A stretch of DNA of 64,000 nucleotides from Novosphingobium sp. (GTDB lineage Bacteria; Pseudomonadota; Alphaproteobacteria; Sphingomonadales; Sphingomonadaceae), in NCBI RefSeq assembly GCF_024236215.1, contig NZ_JACKKX010000004.1; one strand, given 5' to 3'. A model generated the notes under the pieces. It had not been told where the DNA came from and did no database searches. It worked only from the letters and a program-made list of their open reading frames with translations. How positions within the stretch are numbered: the first letter of the stretch is position 1; the number at the start of each line of letters is the position of its first letter. Below, piece after piece: positions 18,833 through 29,759 of this stretch. Made by a program: the position numbers and the translations under genes.

Positions 18833-20548
18833 ATGACCAGTGCACAGGTTCCCGGGCCGATCGCGGCCCTGCGCGCCAGAGCTGCCGCCCTTCGGGCCAG
18901 TGGCGACCAGGCCGGCGCTGAAGCAGCCGAGCTCGAAGCCATCGCCGCGGGGATCGAACGCCCCGAATTCCGCGCCGCCGAGGCGGCCTTTGACGCTGGG
19001 AATTTCGAGCAGGCCGAAGTGCTGCTCCGCGCCCATCTGCGCAGCGACCCGCTCGATCCCGCGGGCGCGCTGATGCTCGGCCAGATCGCGGCCAAGTGCG
19101 GCGCCACGCGCGAGGCGGCAAACCTGTTCATGCGGGCGATCAGGCTGGCACCGGCCTATCTCGAGGCCCATCTCGCGCTCGCCAAGCACCACCGCGACCA
19201 TGGCGAATACGACGCCGCGCTCTCCGCTACACAAGCCATCCTCACGCGCCAGCCCGATCACTTGCCCGCGCTATCGTTGCGCGCCTCGCTGTTTGAACAG
19301 CTGCGCCGGTTCGAGGAAGCCGACGCGGCATTCGAGGAACTGCACCGACGCCATCCCCGCGATGCCCGTGGCTGGGCCAACCACGCCTTCATGCTCAAGA
19401 CCGTCGGGCGCCAGACCGATGCGATCGACGCCTATCGCAAGGCTCTGGCACTCGATCCCGGACACGGCCACGCCTGGTGGGGCCTTTCCAACCTCAAGAC
19501 CTACCGTTTCGATGCCGATGATATCGCCGCAATGCACCAGGCGCTTGCCGTTGACGATCTGTCCGGGGAAGCGCGCACCCACCTGTGGTTCGCGCTGGGC
19601 AAGGCGCTGGACGACACGGACCAGCCCGAGCAGGCCTTTGCCGCCTACTCGTCGGGAGCGGAGATCCGGCTTCGGGCGCATCCCTATGATCCGCAGAAGG
19701 TGCAGGATCACGTCTCGAAGTCGCAGCGAACCTGCACCCACGCGTTCTTCGCGGCCCGCCAGGGCTGGGGAAGCCAGGCGTCCGATCCGATCTTCATCGT
19801 CAGCCTGCCACGTTCGGGATCGACGCTGATCGAGCAGATCCTGGCGAGCCATCCCGCGATCGAAGGGACCGAAGAACTCAAGGATATCGAACGCATCGCG
19901 CTGTCGCTGGGGCCGAAAGGCGGCACCGGGGCATGGCTCGATGCACTTGGCGAAATGAGCGCGGCCGATCTGGCCCGGCTGGGCGATCACTATATCGAGG
20001 CGACACGCCGGTTTCGCCATACCGATCGCCCGCGCTTTACCGACAAGATGCCCAGCAACTGGGTCTATACCGGGCTGATCCATTCAATCCTGCCCCGGGC
20101 CAAGATCGTCTCGGTGCGGCGCCATCCGCTGGGCTGCGGCTTTGCCAATTATTCGCAGCACTTCAACTGGGGGATCAATTTTTCCTACGATCTGGAGCAC
20201 ATCGGAGGATTCTACCGCGCCTTCGTGCGCCAGATGGCCCATTTCGATGCGGTGCTGCCTGGCCGTGTTCATCATGTGATCTACGAGGATCTGGTCCAGA
20301 ATACCGAAAGCGAAGTGCGCCGCCTGCTCGATTATCTCGAATTGCCGTTCGACGAAGGATGCCTACGCTTCTTTGAAACCAGCAGACCGGTCTATACCCC
20401 CAGCTCGGAGCAGGTCCGCAGTCCGATCAACAGCGAAGGCATGGAGCGCTGGAAGCGTTACGAGCCGTGGCTGGGGACACTCAAGCAGGCGCTCGGCGAT
20501 GTACTCGATCATTATCCGCGAGTACCGCCGGGAATCTCCTCGGATTGA
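18833..20548 (+). CDS. TPR-repeat protein fused to a PAPS-type sulfotransferase (Sulfotransfer_3/TPST-RaxST-like fold); no signal peptide
   Basis: The N-terminal ~300 aa are TPR-like helices (AYLEAHLALAKHHRDHGEYDAAL and similar). The C-terminal domain has the 5'-PSB motif IVSLPRSGSTLIEQIL and a 3'-PB-like VSVRRHPLGCGFANYS. Confidence 0.8.
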   Translation: MTSAQVPGPIAALRARAAALRASGDQAGAEAAELEAIAAGIERPEFRAAEAAFDAGNFEQAEVLLRAHLRSDPLDPAGALMLGQIAAKCGATREAANLFMRAIRLAPAYLEAHLALAKHHRDHGEYDAALSATQAILTRQPDHLPALSLRASLFEQLRRFEEADAAFEELHRRHPRDARGWANHAFMLKTVGRQTDAIDAYRKALALDPGHGHAWWGLSNLKTYRFDADDIAAMHQALAVDDLSGEARTHLWFALGKALDDTDQPEQAFAAYSSGAEIRLRAHPYDPQKVQDHVSKSQRTCTHAFFAARQGWGSQASDPIFIVSLPRSGSTLIEQILASHPAIEGTEELKDIERIALSLGPKGGTGAWLDALGEMSAADLARLGDHYIEATRRFRHTDRPRFTDKMPSNWVYTGLIHSILPRAKIVSVRRHPLGCGFANYSQHFNWGINFSYDLEHIGGFYRAFVRQMAHFDAVLPGRVHHVIYEDLVQNTESEVRRLLDYLELPFDEGCLRFFETSRPVYTPSSEQVRSPINSEGMERWKRYEPWLGTLKQALGDVLDHYPRVPPGISSD

Positions 20549-20806
20549 TTCAGGTCATCATTTGCCGCTTTTTCAAGTAACTTTAGTTATTTTCCTTAGA
20601 TAGCATAGTATTGACAGTTCACTGTGATGCGAAAGCAACATCACGGAGTCAATTCGTTGCCCAACTGTAACAAGATATTGCAACTCGATACTTGTGATTT
20701 ACCCCGGCACCATGACCCTTGTGGTCGCCTTCCGGTGCCGGGGCAAACTTGCCCGGAAGTTTGTTGACAAGCCGCTGATCGCGGCGAGTTTTTAGGGGCA
20801 AGAAAC
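20549..20806 (+). promoter_or_regulatory. AT-rich promoter/leader region of receptor 2
   Basis: This 258-nt spacer is visibly AT-richer than its surroundings. It contains TTGACA at 20611-20616 and inverted repeats GTGATG/CATCAC (20624-20644) and CCCCGGCACC/GGTGCCGGGG (20702-20743). Confidence 0.4.
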
Positions 20807-23800
20807 ATGAACACCCAATTCAAGCGCGCGCTTTCGGGCGCGACCTGCCTGCGCGGGGCAGCTGTGGTTTCCGCGCTGGTTGCTCTCAGCAGCCCGGTGG
20901 CCGCATTCGCCCAGGATGCGCCGGCCGACTGCGTTGACGGCAGCGGCGCCGCCTGCGGCAAGGAAGCGACCATTGTCGTCACCGGTTCGCGCATTCGCCG
21001 CCCGGACAATTACAAGACCCCCGATCCGGTTCAGGTCATCACCCGTGAGGAAACCACCCAGGCCGGCTTCAACTCGACCGCGGACGTGCTGCAGAGCACA
21101 TCGGTGACCAACGGCACCGCCCAGATCAACAACTCGTTCGGCGGCTTTGTCACTGCCGGCGGCCCTGGCGCGAACACCCTGTCGCTGCGTGGCTTTGGTG
21201 CAACCCGCACCCTGATCCTGCTCAACGGTCGCCGCGTCGCCCCGGCCGGTTCGCGCGGCTCAGTCGGTTCGGCCGACCTCAACGTGCTGCCCAGCGCGAT
21301 GATCGACCACATCGAAGTGCTCAACGGCGGCGCCTCGTCGATCTACGGCTCGGACGCGGTTGCCGGCGTGGTCAACATCATCACCCGCGACAAGGTGAAG
21401 GGCCTCCAGCTCGAAGCCCAGCTCAACGCGCCCGATAATGGCGCAGGCCTGGCCCAGCGCTATTCGGTGGTGTTCGGCTACAACACCGATCGTCTGCGCC
21501 TTTCGGGTTCGCTCGAATTCTACGATCGCGGCGCGATGAAGGTTGGCGATGTTGACTGGACCCAGTGCCAGATCAGCTATTGCAAGCTCAATGCCAGTTC
21601 GGCCCCGGGCACTGGCGACTTCATCGATCCCAAGACCGGGCAGCCCAAGTGCTATCCCACCGGCAGCACCGGCGAAAGCGGCGTGACGATCAATACCATC
21701 GGCGTTCCCAATTTCGCCGGTAGCATCGTCGATCTCGCCGCCGGGATTCCCACAGGCTATGGTACGCTCCCGACTTCGGCCGGGTTTGGCTCTGCCCCGA
21801 CCACGACGACGATTGGTGGTCCGGCCAATAACCAGCAGGTCTGCAACCGCTTCCGTCCGGATTCGACCGCTGCCGGGGCATTGCCAGGCTGGGAATGCGT
21901 TGGCGGCGGCGCCCTTTCGCTGGGCATCCGCGACACCTTCTCGCCAGCCATCCTCAACAATGACTTGATCTCGCCGGCGCGGGTCTACACCGGCTTCTTC
22001 CAGGGCGCCTACGATACGGGCGTACTCGGCGATGCTCAGGTCTATGCCGAATTGCTGCTCAACCGGCGCGAATCCAGCCAGACGCAGAACCGCCAGTTCA
22101 CCATCGACTATCCGTGGAAGAGCCCACTGGTTCCCGCCAGCCTGACCTTCCCGGTCCGCTTCCTGCCGCCGCAGGCATCGAACCCGGGGGTCGATGTGGG
22201 CGTGCGCGTGTTCGCGGACTACGGCAACTATGAGAACCGTCAGAAAGTGGATTTCATCAAGGCCACCGGCGGTCTGCGCGGCAGCCTTCCTGCCGACTGG
22301 CGCTATGACCTGACCTTCTCGAAGTCATGGTCGGATTCTGACTACACTTCGGACCTGATCCTCACCAACCGGCTCAACCAGAGCCTTGACGTGGTGGCAT
22401 CTGGCAGCGGCTTTGCCTGCCGCGACACCTCGAACGGTTGTGTCGCAGCACCGGCTCTGACCCCGGCGGTGGTTGGCGGGCAGTTCCCGGCAAACTGGTT
22501 CAACTGGGTAACCCAGCCGGTCACTGGCCACACCGCCTACCGCGAATCGACCGTCAGCCTCGATCTCGATGGCAAGGTGTTCGATCTGCCCGGCGGTCCA
22601 GCCCAGGTCGCGCTTGGCTTCGAATACCGCAAGTCGTCGATCGACGACACCCCGGCGCTCGATAGCCAGAACGGCAACCTCTACAACTTCACCTCATCGT
22701 CGATCACCCGCGGGTCTGACTCGGTGTGGGAAGTCTATGGCGAAGCCGAGCTGCCGCTCGTCCGCGACACGCCGGGTATCGAGGATCTGACCTTTACGGT
22801 TTCGGGCCGCTACACCCACTACAAGTCGTACGGCGGGCAGTGGACCTACAAATTCGGCGGCCGCTATGCTCCGATCACCTGGCTGGCCTTCCGCGGCAGC
22901 TACGGTACCTCGTACCGTGCTCCGGCGCTGTTCGAACAATACCTTGGCGCTACCAGCGGCTTCCAGTCCAGTGCTGGCGATCCGTGCAACAACCTGACCT
23001 CGGCTTCCAACCCGGTCCGTGTTGCCAACTGCGCCTCGGAAGGTATCGGCACGGGCTTCAGCGCCACCTCGAGCATCGCTGTGTTGCAAAAGGGCGGCGC
23101 GGCTTCGGGGCTCAAGGCTGAAACCTCGAAGAACTGGACAGTCGGCGCGGTGATTGAGCCTTCGCTCGGTGCCTTCGGCGACCTCTCGTTCTCGGCCGAT
23201 TACTTCAATATCCTGGTTTCGAACGGGGTTTCGCAGCTTGGCTATTCGACCATCCTCCAGCAGTGCTACGACGATCCGGACTTCCGGGCCGAAAGCATCT
23301 GCTCCTACGTCACCCGCAATTCGGCGGCGCCCTACAACCTGACCGTCGTCACCGGCTATGTGAACATCTCGACCGCAAAGGTTTCGGGCTATGACTTCAC
23401 CATGCGCTATGCGGTGCCGGTTGGTCCGGGCAAGCTGACGATCAACGCGGACCTCACCAAGTTTGAGAACCGCTACAACCAGACCCTGCCGACCGATCCG
23501 GTTACCAACCTGATCGGCACGCTCAACAACCCGCGTTGGACCGGCACGCTCGATGTTCGCTACAAGATCAATCGGTGGGATTTCCGCTGGGGTCTTGACT
23601 GGATCCAGGGCACCAACAGCTCTGCCAGCTATCTGGGTCTGAGCCAGGCGACGCGTGACACCTACGTGTTCGAGGCACCGGATTACTACCTGCACTCGGC
23701 CTCAGTGCGTTATCGCGGCGATCACTATGGTATCACCGTCGGCGTACGCAACCTGTTCGACCGGGATCCGCCGCAGATCTCGTCGGGTGCCTACAACCGT

Positions 23801-23878
23801 ATCGGCAACTCCCCGCTCTACAGCGGTTACGATTTCGCCGGTCGGACCTTCTTCGTGAACCTTTCGGCCGCTTTCTGA
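20807..23878 (+). CDS. TonB-dependent receptor (paralogue 2)
   Basis: Its N-terminus is near-identical in pattern to receptor 1 (KRALSGATCLRGAAV..ALVALSSPVAAFAQ). It also has TIVVTGSR, the plug motif LLNGRRVAP, and a C-terminal NLSAAF. Confidence 0.9.
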   Translation: MNTQFKRALSGATCLRGAAVVSALVALSSPVAAFAQDAPADCVDGSGAACGKEATIVVTGSRIRRPDNYKTPDPVQVITREETTQAGFNSTADVLQSTSVTNGTAQINNSFGGFVTAGGPGANTLSLRGFGATRTLILLNGRRVAPAGSRGSVGSADLNVLPSAMIDHIEVLNGGASSIYGSDAVAGVVNIITRDKVKGLQLEAQLNAPDNGAGLAQRYSVVFGYNTDRLRLSGSLEFYDRGAMKVGDVDWTQCQISYCKLNASSAPGTGDFIDPKTGQPKCYPTGSTGESGVTINTIGVPNFAGSIVDLAAGIPTGYGTLPTSAGFGSAPTTTTIGGPANNQQVCNRFRPDSTAAGALPGWECVGGGALSLGIRDTFSPAILNNDLISPARVYTGFFQGAYDTGVLGDAQVYAELLLNRRESSQTQNRQFTIDYPWKSPLVPASLTFPVRFLPPQASNPGVDVGVRVFADYGNYENRQKVDFIKATGGLRGSLPADWRYDLTFSKSWSDSDYTSDLILTNRLNQSLDVVASGSGFACRDTSNGCVAAPALTPAVVGGQFPANWFNWVTQPVTGHTAYRESTVSLDLDGKVFDLPGGPAQVALGFEYRKSSIDDTPALDSQNGNLYNFTSSSITRGSDSVWEVYGEAELPLVRDTPGIEDLTFTVSGRYTHYKSYGGQWTYKFGGRYAPITWLAFRGSYGTSYRAPALFEQYLGATSGFQSSAGDPCNNLTSASNPVRVANCASEGIGTGFSATSSIAVLQKGGAASGLKAETSKNWTVGAVIEPSLGAFGDLSFSADYFNILVSNGVSQLGYSTILQQCYDDPDFRAESICSYVTRNSAAPYNLTVVTGYVNISTAKVSGYDFTMRYAVPVGPGKLTINADLTKFENRYNQTLPTDPVTNLIGTLNNPRWTGTLDVRYKINRWDFRWGLDWIQGTNSSASYLGLSQATRDTYVFEAPDYYLHSASVRYRGDHYGITVGVRNLFDRDPPQISSGAYNRIGNSPLYSGYDFAGRTFFVNLSAAF

Positions 23879-23902
23879 CCGCAAGCGCCGTACTGAAAAC
23901 AA

Positions 23903-23935
23903 GGGGCGGTACCGCAAGGTGCCGCCCCTTCTTGT
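23903..23935. terminator. bidirectional terminator between receptor 2 and clpB
   Basis: The hairpin is GGGGCGGTACC-gcaa-GGTGCCGCCCC, with T-rich tracts on both strands (TTCTTGTT on +, TTGTTTTC on -). Confidence 0.65.
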
Positions 23936-23949
23936 TGGGCCAGAAAGAC

Positions 23950-26529
<2,580 letters not shown>

Positions 26530-26555
26530 GGGTGTATCAGCCTCCTGTCACACCG

Positions 26556-26587
26556 AGAGATAGTGTTGCGATTGGGCAACACAAGGG
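26556..26587 (-). promoter_or_regulatory. candidate sigma-32 (RpoH) heat-shock promoter of clpB
   Basis: The minus strand reads CCCCTTGTGTTGCCCAATCGCAACACTATCT. It has a CTTG -35 element and a CTATCT -10-like element at roughly the spacing of the CTTG-N17-CYTATNT type consensus I recall, about 25 nt upstream of the ATG. Confidence 0.3.
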
Positions 26588-26676
26588 GTGCAGGGCAAAC
26601 AAAACCTCGCAAATGATATAATGTTTTATCACTGGCGAGGCGGCAGGCTTCGTGCCACTCTGATTCGACAATAGGG

Positions 26677-28167
26677 ATGAGGTTTACCATGCACAGTTCC
26701 CGGCTTGCCCTGATCGCCGCGCTTGCCAGCCTTCCGGCGGGCGCCATCGCCCAGAACGCCCAGGGTGACGTGGCGGTAACGATCTACAACAACAACCAGG
26801 CGCTGGTGCAGGATGTGCGCCAGGTGAACCTGCCCAGCGGACGGACACGCCAGGAATTTCCTGACGTCTCGGCGCAGATCCGACCCGAAACGGTAACGCT
26901 TTCGGGCGACGGGTTCGGGATCGTTGAGCAGAATTTCGACTATGACCTGCTCACTCCCTCGGCGCTGATGGAAAAGGCCGTGGGCCAGACCATCACCCTG
27001 GTGCGCACCAACCCGGCAACCGGCGCTGAAACCCGCGAGCGCGCCCAGGTTCTGGCCGCCAACGGCGGGGTGGTGCTCAAGATCGGCGAGCGGATCGAGG
27101 TGCTGCGCGACGATGGTCTGCCGGTCAGGGTGGTGTTCGATACGATCCCGCCCAACCTGCGCGCGCGCCCGACCCTTTCGGTGACGCTCGATTCGAGCCG
27201 CGCGGGTCCGCGCCCGCTGAGCCTGTCCTATCTCACCCCCGGCCTTGGCTGGGGCGCGGACTATGTCACCCTGTTCGATGAAAAAGCGGGCAAGATCGAC
27301 GTCCAGGGCTGGGTCACGCTGACCAACAACACCGGCACCACCTTCTCCAATGCCAAGGTGCTGATGGTGGCCGGACAGGTCGGCAATGTCGCGCAGCGCT
27401 ATGGCGGTTATCGTCCCAACATGCCCGCACCGCGCGGCAACGTAGCGGGCAGCGAGAGCGGCGGCGATCAACTGGGCGATTTCCATGTCTATCCGATCGA
27501 GGGCCGCACCACGATCGCCAACGCCCAGACCAAGCAGGTCAGCTTCCTCAACGCCGAGGGCGTACCCGCGCAGAAGACCTACGAATACCGCTCGAACTGG
27601 CTCGAAAGCCAGAGCGAGGCGCAGAGCGCTGCATCGGTCCTCAAGTTCTCCAATGCCCGTGCCGGCGGGATCGGCGCGGCGCTGCCGGCGGGGACGGTGC
27701 GGGTCTATATGCGCGATTCCAAGGGCCAGGCCCAATTCATCGGCGAGAGCCAGATCCCGCACACTCCCGGCGGTTCGCGCCTGGCGATCCGCACCGGCGA
27801 TGCCTTCGACGTCAAGGTCCAGCCGGTGGTCGACAAGCGCGAGGTCATCACCAGCGACGAATGGGAGAAGTACGCCCGCTGGAAGGTCACCTACCCCGAC
27901 GGCACGGTGAAGGAGGGCTATTCCGAGCGGCCCAAGACTTATTGGCGCACCCAGATGCGCTATGTCGTCACCAACGCCCGCAACGTGCCGGTGACGGTCG
28001 ACGTGGTTCAGGCCGGGCTCGGCCAGTGGTGGTGGTGGCGCGACCTCAGGGTACCCGCTGAATCGATCCCCGGCAGCCAGGACGATGCCGATACCCGCCA
28101 TTGGGAAGTGCCGGTGCCGGCCCAGGGCAAGACCGAGCTGACCGTCACCTTCCTGACCCCTTGGTAA
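26677..28167 (+). CDS. exported DUF4139-like (MuiA-like) protein, paralogue 1
   Basis: It has a signal peptide (LIAALASLPAGAIAQ) followed by VTIYNNNQALVQDVRQVNLPSG..QEFPDVS. I recognise this N-terminal DUF4140/DUF4139 pattern from memory; no search was run. Confidence 0.65.
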   Translation: MRFTMHSSRLALIAALASLPAGAIAQNAQGDVAVTIYNNNQALVQDVRQVNLPSGRTRQEFPDVSAQIRPETVTLSGDGFGIVEQNFDYDLLTPSALMEKAVGQTITLVRTNPATGAETRERAQVLAANGGVVLKIGERIEVLRDDGLPVRVVFDTIPPNLRARPTLSVTLDSSRAGPRPLSLSYLTPGLGWGADYVTLFDEKAGKIDVQGWVTLTNNTGTTFSNAKVLMVAGQVGNVAQRYGGYRPNMPAPRGNVAGSESGGDQLGDFHVYPIEGRTTIANAQTKQVSFLNAEGVPAQKTYEYRSNWLESQSEAQSAASVLKFSNARAGGIGAALPAGTVRVYMRDSKGQAQFIGESQIPHTPGGSRLAIRTGDAFDVKVQPVVDKREVITSDEWEKYARWKVTYPDGTVKEGYSERPKTYWRTQMRYVVTNARNVPVTVDVVQAGLGQWWWWRDLRVPAESIPGSQDDADTRHWEVPVPAQGKTELTVTFLTPW

Positions 28168-28177
28168 GGATCCTCCG

Positions 28178-29749
28178 GTGCGGCACCTGATCGCTTTTGC
28201 ATTGGCCCTGATACCCGCCCCGGCGCTGGCCCAGTCCGCGCCGGTGACTTCTGCGGGGCCAGACAAGGTGGCGGTCACCTTTTACCGCGATCCCTATCGC
28301 GGCAGCGGTGAGATCGATCGCACCAGCCCCGGTTCCTTTGCGCTGATCGTCGAGACCCGCACAGTCGACTTGCCGCCGGGCGAGGCGGTGGTGCGCTTTG
28401 AAGGCGTGGCCGGCGGGATCGTGCCCAAGACCGCAATCCTGTTCGGCCCCTCCCCGCGCGAGCGCAACCGCGAGGCGGCGCTGCTTTCGCAAAAGGGGCT
28501 GGTTGATGGCTTCACCGGCCAGGCGGTGATCCTGCGCCGCACCGATCCCGCCACCGGCAAGGTGGTGGAAGAACGCGCCACGATCCGCTCCGCCGCCGAC
28601 CGGCTGGTGGTCACCACCCCGCGCGGGGTCGAGGCGCTCTATTGCAGCGGGCTCAACCAGACGCTGATCTACCCCGGGGCTCCGGCCGAGCTTTCGGCCA
28701 AGCCGGTGCTGACCATGACCACCAAGGATCAGCCGGGCGGGCGCACCACGATCACGCTGGCCTATATCGCCACCGGGTTCGACTGGGACGCGACCTATGT
28801 CGGCACCCTGGGCGACGACGGCAAATCGTTGCAACTGCTGGCCTGGCTGACCATGGCCAGCGGCGACGAGACCAGCTTCCTCGATGCCCAGACCAACGCC
28901 GTCGCCGGGCGGATCAACCGCAGCGAGGATACCCGCGACGATACCGGCCAGTGGGCGCGCGCAGCAGCATCCTATCTCGACAAGTGGAGCGATTGCTGGC
29001 CCGCCGGGACCACCACCAGCGATCTCGGTTCCGGTGTGCCCCCTCCCCCGCCACCGCCCCCGCCCGCACCGATGGCGATGGCGCTGGAATCAGCAGATAT
29101 CGTGGTCACAGCACAGCGGGTGCAATCAAAGGCGATGTCGGCCCCGGTTGCCGTCACTGCGGTTTCGGAATCGCTCGGCGACCTGAAGCTCTATCGCATC
29201 CCGGTGCCGGTCACCTTCGCCGCACGCAGCCAGAAGCAGGTCGCCTTCCTCAGCGCCGACAAAGTCCGGGGCGAGCTGGTCTATCGTTCGCAGGTCTGGC
29301 GGGAGCCGGAGAGTCCCGAAATGCTGTTCCGTTTCCGCAACCGCAAGAGCGAAGGGCTCGGCGATCCGCTCCCGGCGGGCAAGGTTGTGCTCTATCAGGA
29401 CAGCAAGTTCGGCCGCGCGCTGGTTGGCGAGAGCACCCTGCGCGACAAGACCACCGACGAGGAAGTGGAGATCGTCTTTGGTGAGCCCAGCGGGGTGACG
29501 ATCGACAGCAGCGACGCGCTTGACGCCAGGAAGCGCTGGACCACGGTGACCAGCACGATCCGCAACGCCAACCCCTTTGCGGTGCGCTTCGAAATCGAAT
29601 TCCCGACAGGCAGAGGCTATGCCTATCGCGGCCTGCCCGGCAAGCTGGTGAGCAAGCCGGGCAAGAAGGTCTGGGCCGTAACCCTGCCCCCCGGAAGCGA
29701 GACCCGGCTCACCTTCCGCGTCGCCGAAATCGAGGACGCGGCAGACTGA
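28178..29749 (+). CDS. exported DUF4139-like protein, paralogue 2, with an internal poly-proline insert
   Basis: It has a GTG start and a signal peptide. The pattern VTFYRD...ALIVETRTVDLPPGEAVVRFEGV parallels paralogue 1. It begins 10 nt after paralogue 1. Confidence 0.6.
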   Translation: MRHLIAFALALIPAPALAQSAPVTSAGPDKVAVTFYRDPYRGSGEIDRTSPGSFALIVETRTVDLPPGEAVVRFEGVAGGIVPKTAILFGPSPRERNREAALLSQKGLVDGFTGQAVILRRTDPATGKVVEERATIRSAADRLVVTTPRGVEALYCSGLNQTLIYPGAPAELSAKPVLTMTTKDQPGGRTTITLAYIATGFDWDATYVGTLGDDGKSLQLLAWLTMASGDETSFLDAQTNAVAGRINRSEDTRDDTGQWARAAASYLDKWSDCWPAGTTTSDLGSGVPPPPPPPPPAPMAMALESADIVVTAQRVQSKAMSAPVAVTAVSESLGDLKLYRIPVPVTFAARSQKQVAFLSADKVRGELVYRSQVWREPESPEMLFRFRNRKSEGLGDPLPAGKVVLYQDSKFGRALVGESTLRDKTTDEEVEIVFGEPSGVTIDSSDALDARKRWTTVTSTIRNANPFAVRFEIEFPTGRGYAYRGLPGKLVSKPGKKVWAVTLPPGSETRLTFRVAEIEDAAD

Positions 29750-29759
29750 GCCGGATTGC

